64,000 nucleotides of DNA from Octopus bimaculoides (GCF_001194135.2 NC_068989.1:85323202-85387201), one strand, 5' to 3'. Shown: positions 26,609 through 38,492, numbered from the stretch's first letter. A program made the numbers and translations. The notes: generated by a model from the letters alone, not told the origin.

Positions 26609-26706
26609 GTGTTGTGTACATCAAGTTTAACAAGACATCTGCAGCTTTCCTAGCAATGGAAGAGATGAATGGCAAGTGTATCCCTGGTCATCCCAAACTC
26701 CTTAAG
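26609..26706 (+). CDS. RBM45: RBM45 coding exon 2 (RRM1 C-half)
   Basis: attttcag|(G)VVYIKFNKTSAAFLAMEEMNGKCIPGHPKLLK|gtcagt. Phase 1 to 0, compatible with exon 1. Confidence 0.92.
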
Positions 26707-27134
26707 GTCAGTGAATTAACCACACTTCTGTCCTCTACTGAAACCTTGGCCAATCAAAATCCCCTGAGTGGAATTGGTTGACAGAAACTGAAAGAAGCTC
26801 GTCATATATATACATGTGTGCGTGTGTGTGTGAGGGCATGTGTGTTGGTATCTCCTTGTTTTGATATTGCTTGATAGTTGTGAAATGAATATCACTATCA
26901 TACAAGCAGTCTCATTCGGGTCCAATATTCTGCAAAAACATGTCTGGTCATGGAAAAATATTACCTTGCTTGGAAACAGGTGAGGGTTGGCAACAGGAAA
27001 GGCATTCAGCCATTAAAAAAAAAAAGTGCCTCAATAAATTCCTGGCTCATGCAAAACATAGAAAAGCGGATGTTAAAATGGTGTTGATGATGATATATAA
27101 TGGAGGAAGTGTGTATAGTGAAGATGTGTATTGT

Positions 27135-27483
27135 TGTTGTTGTTGGCACTCCGTCGAGGGTTCCAGTTCATCCGATCAATGGAACAGCCTGCTCGTGAAA
27201 TTAATGTGCAAGTGGCTGAGCACTCCACAGACACGTGTACCCTTAACGTAGTTCTCAGGGATATTCAGCGTGACACAGTGTGACAAGGCTGACCCTTTGA
27301 ATTACAGGCATAACAGAAACAGGAAGTAAGAGTGAGAGAAAGATGTGGTGGAAGAGTACAGCAGGGTTCGCCTCCATCCCCTGCCGGAGCCTCGTGGAGC
27401 TTTAGGTGTTTTCGCTCAATAAACACTCACAACGTCTGGTCTGGGAATCGAAACCGCGATCCTCTGACCATGAGTCCGCTGCC
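27135..27483 (-). mobile_element. SINE family D (tRNA-like head on minus strand)
   Basis: The minus strand has a ggtttcgattcccagacc B-box. A second copy lies at about 39868-40170. Confidence 0.65.
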
Positions 27484-28157
27484 NNNNNNNNNNNNNNNNN
27501 NNNNNNNNNNNNNNNNNNNNNNNNNNNNNNNNNNNNNNNNNNNNNNNNNNNNNNNNNNNNNNNNNNNNNNNNNNNNNNNNNNNNNNNNNNNNNNNNNNNN
27601 NNNNNNNNNNNNNNNNNNNNNNNNNNNNNNNNNNNNNNNNNNNNNNNNNNNNNNNNNNNNNNNNNNNNNNNNNNNNNNNNNNNNNNNNNNNNNNNNNNNN
27701 NNNNNNNNNNNNNNNNNNNNNNNNNNNNNNNNNNNNNNNNNNNNNNNNNNNNNNNNNNNNNNNNNNNNNNNNNNNNNNNNNNNNNNNNNNNNNNNNNNNN
27801 NNNNNNNNNNNNNNNNNNNNNNNNNNNNNNNNNNNNNNNNNNNNNNNNNNNNNNNNNNNNNNNNNNNNNNNNNNNNNNNNNNNNNNNNNNNNNNNNNNNN
27901 NNNNNNNNNNNNNNNNNNNNNNNNNNNNNNNNNNNNNNNNNNNNNNNNNNNNNNNNNNNNNNNNNNNNNNNNNNNNNNNNNNNNNNNNNNNNNNNNNNNN
28001 NNNNNNNNNNNNNNNNNNNNNNNNNNNNNNNNNNNNNNNNNNNNNNNNNNNNNNNNNNNNNNNNNNNNNNNNNNNNNNNNNNNNNNNNNNNNNNNNNNNN
28101 NNNNNNNNNNNNNNNNNNNNNNNNNNNNNNNNNNNNNNNNNNNNNNNNNNNNNNNNN

Positions 28158-28190
<33 letters not shown>

Positions 28191-28658
28191 CACATCATCG
28201 TCGTTTAACGTCCACTTTCCATGCTAGCATGGGTTGGACGATTTGACTGAGGACTGGTGGACCAGGAGGCAACACCAGGCTCCAATCTGATTTGGCAGAG
28301 TTTCTACAGCTGGATGCCCTTCTTAACGCCAACCACTCCGAGAGTGTAGTGGGTGCTTTTACGTGCCACCAGCACGAAGGCCAGTCAGGCGGTACTGACG
28401 ACGGCCACGCTCAAAATGGTGTATTTTACGTGCCACCTGCACAGGAGCCAGTCCATCAGCACTGGCAACATATATATATATTTTTCTTTATCCAGCTTGG
28501 TTAATGCTAATTGCCATCAGGTAACTTCTCCATGCAGCTTGGCCAATATAACCTCAGAGCACCTTTCTTTACCCAGCTGGAGCAATATACTGATAGAGTA
28601 AATCTCTTCATAGTTTTAGATTTTTTGTTGTGTGAAAACACAAGTACTCAATACAGCT

Positions 28659-28888
28659 TTAACCCTTTCAATACCAACCTGGCTGAAACTGCCTCTCGCT
28701 CTGTAGTACAAATGTCTTGTTTTCATAAGTTTTGAATTAAAATATTCCACCAAACCTTAGTCACAATTTATGTTCCTAACACTAGCTGAATGATAACTAA
28801 GTTATTTTACTAAATTCTTTGTTATATTTAATATTAATTGAAAGAAACACAGAGCATCTCAACAGAAATACAGTAACGAAAGGGTTAA
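28659..28888. mobile_element. piggyBac-type MITE (TTAA-CCCT ... AGGG-TTAA)
   Basis: ttaa|ccctttcaatac ... gtaacgaaaggg|ttaa. A related copy lies at about 6475-6712. Confidence 0.7.
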
Positions 28889-29769
28889 AAGTGTGTGTGT
28901 AGTCTTATGTATTTTTGTTAAATTGCATGAAATAAACAGTTTTATCAGTGTTCTTTGGTCCATCATGCACATCACAGTTATTGCTTTCAAACTTGCTCGT
29001 GTATAGTCTACTGACCATGGTTTAGGGGTATTTATTGCCACTGTCCATCTTGCTTAAGTTAAGGCATACATACTAAAACAGCACTTCTCAGCCTTTTATA
29101 GATCGGTGCCTCCCTTCACTGGATTTCATTTTGCAAATGCTTCCTCCACGTTTTGAAAAAACAAAAAATTATAATAAAAAATACCAAGTTATTTGAATGA
29201 AGTAGAAGCAAATTTTGCACATTGCCACATCCTCAGACAAGATCAAGAAAGTGATTGTAGGGTGGCAACCTGGGGGGAAAGGAGCAGCAGGGTACTCTAA
29301 AAATGTTTCTGGTGAAGGACCATTGTTTTCTACTAGGCACAAGGCCCCAAATTTTTTGGCGGGGAGGGGGACAGCCAATTAGATCAACCCCAGTATGCAA
29401 TTGATACTTAATTTATTGACTCTAGTACACAACTGGTACTTAATTTATCGACCCCCAGTACGCAACTGGTGCTTAATTTATCAATCCCCAGTACGCAACT
29501 GGTACTTAATTTATCGACCCCGAAAGGATGAAAGGCAAAGTCAACCTCGGCGGAATTTGAACTTAAACTTAAAGACAGACAAAATATCGCTAAGCATTTC
29601 ACCCAGTATGCTAACGTTTCTGAAGGACCATTGACAAGGAAAGGAGAAATTAAGGTTGGAGAAGCTGGAATGAGCAGTGGCAAAGAAAACAGCTGATGTA
29701 GAAACCAGTGGTTTATCACCTTAAATTTATAGCCTCTCTGTATACCTCCATCTATTTGTTTATTTGCAG

Positions 29770-29896
29770 AAATTTGGAGACATTGAGTCTGTGACTGTGC
29801 TAAAAGATCGGAAATCTGGTGAATCAAAAGGATTCGGTTATGTAAAATATTACCGACCTTACCATGCTGCACTGGCTTATGAATCATGTGACCCAG
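29770..29896 (+). CDS. RBM45: RBM45 exon (RRM2 C-part)
   Basis: tttgcag|KFGDIESVTVLKDRKSGESKGFGYVKYYRPYHAALAYESCDP-G|gtaagt, with RNP1 KGFGYVKY. Phase 0 to 1. Confidence 0.92.
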
Positions 29897-30492
29897 GTAA
29901 GTGTCATAATTAACTCTTTTTTTAATTAATGAATGGAAGAGCAAGATATGGCCTATGAATCTGAAGGAAGTGAACCCTAGACTGTGGGGTTCACAGAATG
30001 CATTTGTAAGTATTTCACTTTGTCATCATCATTTTCTGTCCCCTTTTCTTTGATAACACGGCTTGGATCCCTTTTTTGTTGCTATCCCCTTTTAGTCATC
30101 CCTTTCAACATACAAGGATATCATCATTGTTTTAACATCCCCTTTGCCATGCTCGCATGGGTCGGGCAGAATCCCCTCCTCTCCCTAATGTTCACCTGTT
30201 TCCAAATAAGTTAATATTGTCCCAACATAGTAGATTCTTCTCCCTTTTCTTTTTCTTTTTACTTGTTTCAGTCATTTGACCGCGGCCATGCTGGAGCACT
30301 GCCTTTAGTTGAGCAAATCGACCCCATGACTTATTCTTTATAAGCCTAGTACTTATTCTATTGGACACTTTTGCCGAACCGCTAAGTTACAGGGACGTAA
30401 ACNNNNNNNNNNNNNNNNNNNNNNNNNNNNNNNNNNNNNNNNNNNNNNNNNNNNNNNNNNNNNNNNNNNNNNNNNNNNNNNNNNNNNNNNNN

Positions 30493-30529
<37 letters not shown>

Positions 30530-31385
30530 CATACATACATACATACGACGGGCTTCTTTCAGTTTCCATCTACCAAATCCACTCACAAGGCTTTGGTTGG
30601 CCCGAGGCTATAGTAGAAGACACTTTCCCAAGGTGCCACTCAGTGGGACTGAACCCAGAACCATGTGGTCGGTAAGCAAATTACTTACCACACAGCCACT
30701 CCTGCGCCTAAAAACATTCATTGACTCTAATGGTGTTAAACTGGACAACAAATTAAGTCTCCCACCCCAGAACAATAACGATGAGCTTCCATACAGTCTC
30801 CTTCTGTTAAATTTCATTTGGAAGACTTCAAATAAAGTTGAGGCTATTGTAGAAGTCATATATCTGAAGTGCTCTGCAATAAAGTCAAACTTCACATCAC
30901 ATCATTGCAAACCAACTTCTTAACTCCTCAGATATGTTGTGCACATACCATTGCTGTTGGTGTTTGGTGGGGGTGAGGGTGGGGAGCAACTCATCTAGCA
31001 GTGCCCCGTGTCTGGCACCATTGATACGATGGATAGCCTAGCTGTGTTTGTAATCGTGTTGTGATAAGATATGGCTTATTCAGGTCAAACATGCAACATA
31101 TACTTACTCTCTCTCCTCCCTCCCTCACTCGCACAAACACACAGCATATAACCTACTTTCTTTTGCTTTGTTTCGGATTAGAAGACTGTACAAGTATGTA
31201 TGTCTGTATGTGAGTGTCTGTATATGTGTGTGTAAATGTATGTACGTATGTTTGTGTGTGTGTGTGTGTGTAATATGAATGTAGGGGATAAAAATCCAAG
31301 CTGTATCCTCTTGAGGCACATCTACTTATTCCAATAGTACAATCCAGTATTTAATTGTTGTTGTATTGATGAGGTACATACTAGA

Positions 31386-31620
31386 CTATCCGTGACCCAT
31401 TGGGTCACCTGGAAAGTCTTAGTTTCCCAGCAATGGAGTTTTGTTTGGTGGGTGTTTTTTCCTTTTCCAGGTTATTTTGCATGCTTTCAGCGAATGTGAC
31501 ATCGAAATCACACGTAAACAGCTCCTTTCCCTGGAAAAGGAAAGATTTGGCTACTATTTCTTGCACGACCTGCTACCACGTAACAGGTATTTCGAGTCCT
31601 TTATCGCAAATAGCTGTTAC
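31386..31620. repeat. Dispersed repeat, also present inverted at about 54170-54416
   Basis: actagactatccgtgacc...ccagcaatggag...ccaggttattttgcatgctttca...tgtgacat has its reverse complement at 54300-54416. Confidence 0.7.
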
Positions 31621-31777
31621 ATGGTAGCTGGGCGTGCTAGAAATAGCAGCCAAATCTTTGGAACTGAGATATGTTGAATGCACTTGAAAAAATTTTTGTA
31701 ATGATAGTTGTTGTATTGCTGTGAGGTACATACTAGAGTTGAACATTCTGGAAACATTGTTAGCAGAGGAATTTGGT

Positions 31778-32040
31778 AAATTTTTTGGTATTATTTATTC
31801 ACCATTACACATGTTTCATTTGCTAATAGGAATCACAAAATTGTACTTGTTGGATAAACATGTAAGAAATTTCTTTCTAGAAATTCTTCAGACAGAAAAT
31901 CAAATAATACATTACCAATAATATTATTTGATTCTCTGTCTGAAAGATTTCTAATCAGAAATTTTTTACTGGTTTGTCCAAGTGATTCTTATTAGCAAAT
32001 GAAGCATTTGTAATGGTGAATAAATAATACCAAAAAATTT
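31778..32040. repeat. Imperfect ~260-bp AT-rich palindrome
   Basis: aaattttttggtattatttattcaccattac...aatcaaataata pairs with tattattttgatt...gtaatggtgaataaataataccaaaaaattt, with one indel of about 14 bp. Confidence 0.85.
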
Positions 32041-32086
32041 TCCAGATTCCTGTTTTGTTATATATGTATGTGTGTGTGTTTGTGTA

Positions 32087-32127
<41 letters not shown>

Positions 32128-32930
32128 TCGTTTAACGTCCGCTTTCCATGCTAGCATGAGTTGGACGATTTGACTGAGGACTGGTGAACCAGATGGCTAC
32201 ATCAGGCTCCAATCTGATTTGGCAGAGTTTCTACAGCTGGATGCCCTTCCTAACGCCAACCACTCCGAGGGTGTAGTGGGTGCTTTTACGTGCCACTGGC
32301 ACGAAGGCCAGTCAGGAGGTACTGGCAACGGCCACGCTCGAAATGGTGTATTTTATGTGTCACCTGCACAGGAGCCAGTCCAGCGAAGGAAAGTGAGATC
32401 ACAGCCGTAGCCTGCACCAGTGTCGCATAACCAGCCCATTTAAAAAGTACCTTTGAATCATTGGGCGACATGCCGTGCTTGAGGAGACCTATTGAGTTAA
32501 GTAAATCAAATTATAATCAAATGGAAATTGTAGTTGTGGTCAGTACCAGTGCCGGTGGCACGCAATAAGCACCATTCATGTGTGGGTCACTGCTAGAGCC
32601 ACTTGACTGGCTCCCTGTGCTGGTGGCACGTAAAAATCACCATCCAAACATGGTTGATGCCAGCCCTGACTGGCTCCAGTGCTGGTGGCACGTAAAAAGC
32701 ACCATCCGAATGTAGCCGATGCCAGTGTCACCTGACTGGCTCCCATGCCAGTGACATATAAAAGGCACCATTATACTCTCGGAATAGTTGGCGTTTGGAA
32801 GGGAGAAACATTGCCAGATCAGATTGGAGCCTGGTGCAGTCTCCTGTCTTGCCAGTCCCCAGGCAAACCATCCAATCCCTGCCAGCATGGAAAACAGACA
32901 TTAAACGATGATGATGATGATGTATATAGC

Positions 32931-32962
<32 letters not shown>

Positions 32963-33330
32963 GGTGCAGGAGTGGCCACTGCATGGCACTTTGGGCAAGT
33001 GTCTTCTTCTATAGCCTCAGGCTGACCAAAGCTTGTGAGTGGATTTGGTAGACGGAAACTGAAAGAAGCATGTGTGAGAGTGTAGAAACATGTTGTATGT
33101 AATTTGTGTGTAAGTGGCGTGTTGGGTACAGAGTGGTCTGGATGTCAGTCACACACCAGCTTATGTTGGGTCCCATGGTGGCTTGCATGCCAGTCACACT
33201 GTAGCCTTCAAGGCAGTCACTCTTTGTTCTGTATCACATACCCAAGTTAAAATTTAAAAAAGAAACAACAAAAAAAAACAAACCCTTTCATATGTTTCAC
33301 TTATTGTTTTTGTTTCTTTTTATTCAAAAG

Positions 33331-33335
33331 TTTTC
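33331..33335 (+). CDS. RBM45: Possible start of an RBM45 exon running into the gap 33336-33508
   Basis: Pyrimidine tract ttattgtttttgtttctttttattcaaaag| followed by TT TTC. In phase 1 this gives ...CDP-V-F, comparable to vertebrate CDRSF. Confidence 0.35.
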
Positions 33336-33726
33336 NNNNNNNNNNNNNNNNNNNNNNNNNNNNNNNNNNNNNNNNNNNNNNNNNNNNNNNNNNNNNNNNN
33401 NNNNNNNNNNNNNNNNNNNNNNNNNNNNNNNNNNNNNNNNNNNNNNNNNNNNNNNNNNNNNNNNNNNNNNNNNNNNNNNNNNNNNNNNNNNNNNNNNNNN
33501 NNNNNNNNTTGTAGTACCTCTCTTTGATTATTAGTAATTTGTATTGTAGCTATCAAGAGTGTGTTGTGGTAATTTTTGAATGGTGGGTGGGTAGTGATAA
33601 TAGAAGTCTATTATTTTCCATGTGGTATCTATGTAGATATGACCTAAACAAGAGCACTCAGAGAGCACAAACCTCTGCCAAGGCAACACCAATGTCCTCT
33701 CAACGATTAGCCAGAGATGATTTTTA

Positions 33727-34016
33727 AATGAGAATATCTGAAATAAACTTGACTGCTCTCACAAACGAGAATACTAAAAATGAACCCAACCGTTCTCAAA
33801 AATTAAGTAAAAAAAACTGGGAAAATAATCCAGAATTCTTGTCCGGCACCAGATCGATCCCAAAATCTAATCAGTTCGTACCAGTCACCAGGCCAAACAT
33901 TCCTGAAAGTTTCATCCGAATCCATCCAGCATTTCTTGAGATATCTTTTCCACGGACAAACAAACAAACATGACTGAAAACAATATCTCTGCCTTCACTA
34001 AGGTGAAGGTAATAAA
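33727..34016 (+). mobile_element. Helentron/HINE (DINE-1-like) non-autonomous element
   Basis: (ACAA)n tract, then gaaaacaatatc, a terminal hairpin ccttcac-taag-gtgaagg (33992-34009) and taataa. This layout is typical of Helentron-associated elements (recalled, not searched). Confidence 0.5.
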
Positions 34017-34952
34017 ACAACTACCTGACTCACTAACATCTCTGCTATTTCCACTGTTTACTGGTTTGGTGATGTTGAGGGCAAATTGTTGTGTTTGAAA
34101 CAGTGTTCATTTATAGTACATGGTAGAATTAATGAATTGATGATGTAATGGAGAAATTTGTAGTGAGAGAACAGTGGAATGGATGCATGGAGGTGAACTG
34201 ACCCAGTGAATAATATACTGTATTTGCTGCTGCATAGAATACACTCTTGCATAAAACAAATCCCTACTTTTTGGTGCTGGTTAATGCAGTGCAGTCATCA
34301 AGCAGTTCTGAGTTCAATCCCTGGCATGGCACTTAGGTGAATCACAAGACTCTTGAAGAAGGCTGGTGCATACAACAGCTGGAACAGTGAAAACAACAAT
34401 AAGATGAGGACACCAGTCCAAATTATGTAAACAATGTACACAAATTTTAATATAACTCTTTAGCTTTGAAGCTATGGTCATGCTGGGGCACCACCATTAA
34501 TATGTTCCATCAGACACTCATACACTCGATATCCCATCCATATGATTGCATTAGAAGTGTGGCAATTTTTTTGTTACATTTAAGAATATCTTCAATATAT
34601 TTTATATACTGGTATTGCATTGCTAACATCAATTTTAGTTTTGTTGTTATTAATAGGAAAATGTATTTGTCTGTGTGTGGCAGATTGAAAAAACAAAAAT
34701 ATATAAAGCCAGGGGAACATCAGTGAATTAGGTATTTTATCAGTGACTCATTATCACTTCAGGCTTGCTAGTGGAGTATTAACATTAGTATATTGTACCA
34801 GCATGGTGTTGGAACTGTCAGAACTTTATCAGTGCCAGTATGATAACGCAAGATAATGGGAGATGTAAGATGGATTCATTTGTATTTGTGAAAAATACTT
34901 TTAGTTGTTCACTTATTCTGAAACTTCTGCTATCAAATTGGTTATTTTGCAG

Positions 34953-35075
34953 GTGTTAAACGCTGTTTCACTGAGATGGGTGGTCGTGATGATTTCGGTT
35001 ACCGAGGCTATGATATGTACAGTGGAGCAGGGGGCTATGGGCCAGCAATTCCTGAAGCTATGCCTCCATATCCAA
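34953..35075 (+). CDS. RBM45: RBM45 exon (G/Y-rich linker)
   Basis: ttttgcag|(G)VKRCFTEMGGRDDFGYRGYDMYSGAGGYGPAIPEAMPPYP-A|gtaagc. Phase 1 to 1, 123 nt. Confidence 0.75.
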
Positions 35076-35183
35076 GTAAGCAGCTACTTTCTGATAAAAA
35101 CTCTTTTATTAATTCATTAGTATTACACAAATATTTGTTTTCTTATCGCATTTTTTCTGCAATGTACCCCAATCTGTGAAACA

Positions 35184-35731
35184 TTAACCCTTTTGTATTT
35201 AAACCAACCATACCCAGCCCAAATATTCTAACTGTTTTATGTTCAAACTGGCCAGATCCAGCCTCTCACTCCTACCCAACAATATTATTCTAAAAATAAA
35301 GTTACATCATTGAAATCTGAGAGCTACAAGATAATGCATAATTAATTCAAAATAATGTGAATATATAAGCATGGCTCCTGTGCCAGTGACATGTAAAAAG
35401 CACCATTCGAGCATGGTCGATGCCAGTACCACCTGACTGGCTCCTGTGGGTGGCATATAAAAAGCACTATTCGAGTGTAGTCGATGCCAGTGCTGCCTGA
35501 CTGGACCCCATGCCAGTGACACATAAAAAGCACCCACTACACTCTCTGAGTGGTTGGTGTTAGGAAGGGCATCCAACTGTAGAAATCTTGCCAGATCAGA
35601 TTGGGGCCTGGTGCAGCCACCTGGCTTGCCAGTCCTCAGTCAAACCGTCCAACCCATGCCAGCATGGAAAGTGGACGTTAAACGATGATGATGATATATT
35701 TAACTGAATAACCTGAATGCTAAAGGGTTAA
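35184..35731 (+). mobile_element. piggyBac-type MITE with a nested family-C SINE (about 35371-35695)
   Basis: ttaa|cccttttgtattt ... gaatgctaaaggg|ttaa. Uninterrupted copies lie at about 6700-6920, 40704-40926 and 46392-46619 (minus). Confidence 0.75.
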
Positions 35732-35901
35732 GAGAAATTATTTTTCAAACCAGAGGACTGTGCTAAAACAGACAATGGAGCTTGTCACAGTCCTCTGGTT
35801 TGCCAGCTCTTATCAAATCATCCAATGCATGCCAGCATAGAAAACAGATGTAACGATGATGATGATGATTGTTTTAAATAGTTGTTTGCTTACTGTTTCA
35901 G

Positions 35902-36099
35902 ATGCCAGTGGAGTTGGTGGCAACATGGGAGGATGTTCTTCTTCCGGTATGGGGCCATTAGATCCTATCCAGAACTACCCACACAATAACTACCAACGCC
36001 TTCATCTAACCGTGGCCCTTGGTCTCAGCCAATCTTACCTCACACGTCTCCTCAATCTTGTACCAGGTCTCGAATACTGTGATCTCAACGAAAGCACTG
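35902..36099 (+). CDS. RBM45: RBM45 exon (linker plus first part of the HOA/RRM-like domain)
   Basis: gtttcag|(N)ASGVGGNMGG...QRLHLTVALGLSQSYLTRLLNLVPGLEYCDLNEST-G|gtaaat. VPGLEYC is conserved in RBM45. Confidence 0.92.
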
Positions 36100-36631
36100 G
36101 TAAATATTAAATTTTGACCTAATATTTGTACAACTAACCTGCTTTTTGATGATGATGATCTTACCTACTATAGGCACAAGGCCTGAAACTTTGGGGGATG
36201 GACTAGTCTTTTACATTGACCCCAGTTCTTGACTAGCACTTATTGTATCAACCCCAAAAGGACGAAAGGCAAAGTCAACCTTGGTAAAATTTGAACTCAA
36301 AATGTGAAGATGGGAGAAACGCCACTAAGCACTTTGCCCAGTGTGGCAACAATTCTACCAGCTCACCACTTGAATAATTTTTTTTATTTATTTATGCGCC
36401 CTTTTAAAGCCTAGCCAGGCTCATGGGCCCGGTTTCCCAGTTTCTATGGTGTATGACTTAATCCCTTTGTCTGTCCTTGTTTGTCCCCTCTGTGTTTAGC
36501 CCCCTGTGGGCAATAAAGAAATAGTATGTGTATAGTAAAACACCAGACTGCAAGTGCTGTATAGTGCTCACCTTGCCCTTACTGTTTGTAGCCAATTGAA
36601 GCAGGAAGAGTGTTTGTTGTTTCTGTTACAG

Positions 36632-36782
36632 GTGTTGCCTATGCCAGGTACTGTACCCCACAAGCAGCTGCCTATGCAAGAGACAAGCTGGAGGGTTTTG
36701 AATACCCTATAGGTTCCAGGATACATGTCCGTTATGCAGACCAGCCATCAAATGTTGATATGCCCCTCGGTTATAGTGATAG
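36632..36782 (+). CDS. RBM45: RBM45 exon (second part of the HOA domain)
   Basis: gttacag|(G)VAYARYCTPQAAAYARDKLEGFEYPIGSRIHVRYADQPSNVDMPLGYSD-AG|gtaagt, comparable to human AIYAKYKLHGFQYPPGNRI. Confidence 0.92.
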
Positions 36783-37189
36783 GTAAGTACTGCAGTTGTC
36801 ACTATAGCAACAATGACAAGTCCATATCCGATGGTAATTACCGTAGCAACAGCGACAGACCTTGTCTGCTGCATCAGTTGCTTTAGCTACAGTAATTATG
36901 TCAACAACTAATACGTATATACATATACGTGTGTGTGTGTGTCTTCGTCTTTTATTATTTGTTTCAGTCGTCTGCCCATGGCCATGCTGGAGCACTGCCT
37001 TGAAGCATTCAGTTGAACAAATCAATCCTAGTATTTATTTTTTGAGCCTGTCAAAGATACCTTACAGTGGGACTGAACCCCAAAAAAACCATGTGACTGC
37101 AAAGTTTCTTAACCACACAGCCATGTGTATGTTGCTCTAATCTGTTTAGCTAAAAATGAGTATTGGCCTTAAGAGGAGCACCACATATA

Positions 37190-37645
37190 CATCATCATCA
37201 TCATCATCATCATCGTTTAACGTCTGCTTTCCATGCTAGCATGGGTTGGACGATTTGACTGAGGACTGGTGAAACCGGATGGCAACACCAGGCTCCAATC
37301 TAATTTGGCAGAGTTTCTACAGCTGGATGCCCTTCCTAATGCCAACCACTCAGAGAGTGTAGCCACTTAGAGAGTATACTGGCTCTTGTGCGGGTGGCAC
37401 ATAAAATACACCATTTTGAGCATGGCCGTTGCCAGTACCGCCTGACTGGCCTTCGTGCGGGTGACACATAAAAGCACCCACTACACTCTCTGAGTGGTTG
37501 ACGTTAGGAAGGGCATCCAGCTATAGAAACTCTGCCAAATCAAATTGGAGCCTGGTGTTGCCATCCAGTTTCACCAGTCCTCAGTCAAATCGTCCAATCC
37601 ATGCTAGCATGGAAAGCAGACATTAAACGATGATGATGATGATGA
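37190..37645. repeat. Inverted pair of family-C repeats (arms 37190-37362 / 37481-37645)
   Basis: catcatcgtttaacgtc...gagagtgtag versus ctacactctc...acattaaacgatgatg, more than 90% complementary by eye. Confidence 0.9.
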
Positions 37646-37654
37646 TAAATATAT

Positions 37655-37766
37655 AGGGGGAGAATTCACAAAAAAACAAAAGACAAAGACAGGTGGTATA
37701 GACAACAAACACATGTATTAGTTTAATGCTCGGGAAGTGAAAAAGTCTTTAACGTTTCAAGCCTAC
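37655..37766 (-). mobile_element. Probable Penelope-like element terminal fragment
   Basis: The minus strand reads gtaggcttgaaacgttaaagactttttcacttcccgagcattaaactaatacatg...ttttgtgaattctccc, including a GAAAC half of a hammerhead-like motif. The assignment comes from a recalled pattern. Confidence 0.4.
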
Positions 37767-38016
37767 AACATGTGGTATAATTATAAACGGCAAATTTTAG
37801 CCATTTCTCTGCAGACTGAAAAAATGATGAACAATGTTAATTGATTTTCAAACCTTATTGGGTTCTCATCAGAGGCGTCTACATCATACTGACAGTCTCC
37901 AGAGAGACAAGCAGCCAAACTGTTTATTTATTCAACAAATGCAGCAGTTACTCTATATATATATATAACCCATGCTAGCATGGAAAGCGGACGTTAAACG
38001 ATGATGATGATGATGA

Positions 38017-38062
<46 letters not shown>

Positions 38063-38449
38063 GCTGTGTGGTAAGAAGCTTGCTTCCCAACCACATGGTT
38101 CCAGGTTCAGTCCCACTGCGTGGCACCTTGAGCAAGTGTCTTCTGCTATAGCCTCGGGCCGACCAAAGCCTTGTGAATGGATTTGGTAGAAGGAAACTGA
38201 AAGAAGCCTGTTGTATATATATGTATGTATATATCCATGTGTGTGTGTCTGTATTTGTCTCCCCATGACCACTTGACAACCGGTGTTGGTGTTTATACAT
38301 CTCCATAACTTAGCAGTTCAGCAAATGAGACTGATGGAATAAGTACCAGGCTTGAAAAATAAGTACTGGGGTCGACTCATTTGACTAAAACTTCAAGGCG
38401 GTGCCCCAGCATGACGACAGTCAAATGACCGAAGCATATAAAAGATAAA

Positions 38450-38480
<31 letters not shown>

Positions 38481-38492
<12 letters not shown>

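Noticed and set aside
33190-33260. ag|CC TTC AAG GCA GTC (A-FKAV) as the missing RBM45 exon
   Set aside because: It continues TLCSV instead of FAEP, reaches a stop without a good donor, and the motif matches a SINE remnant (actgccttgaagg).
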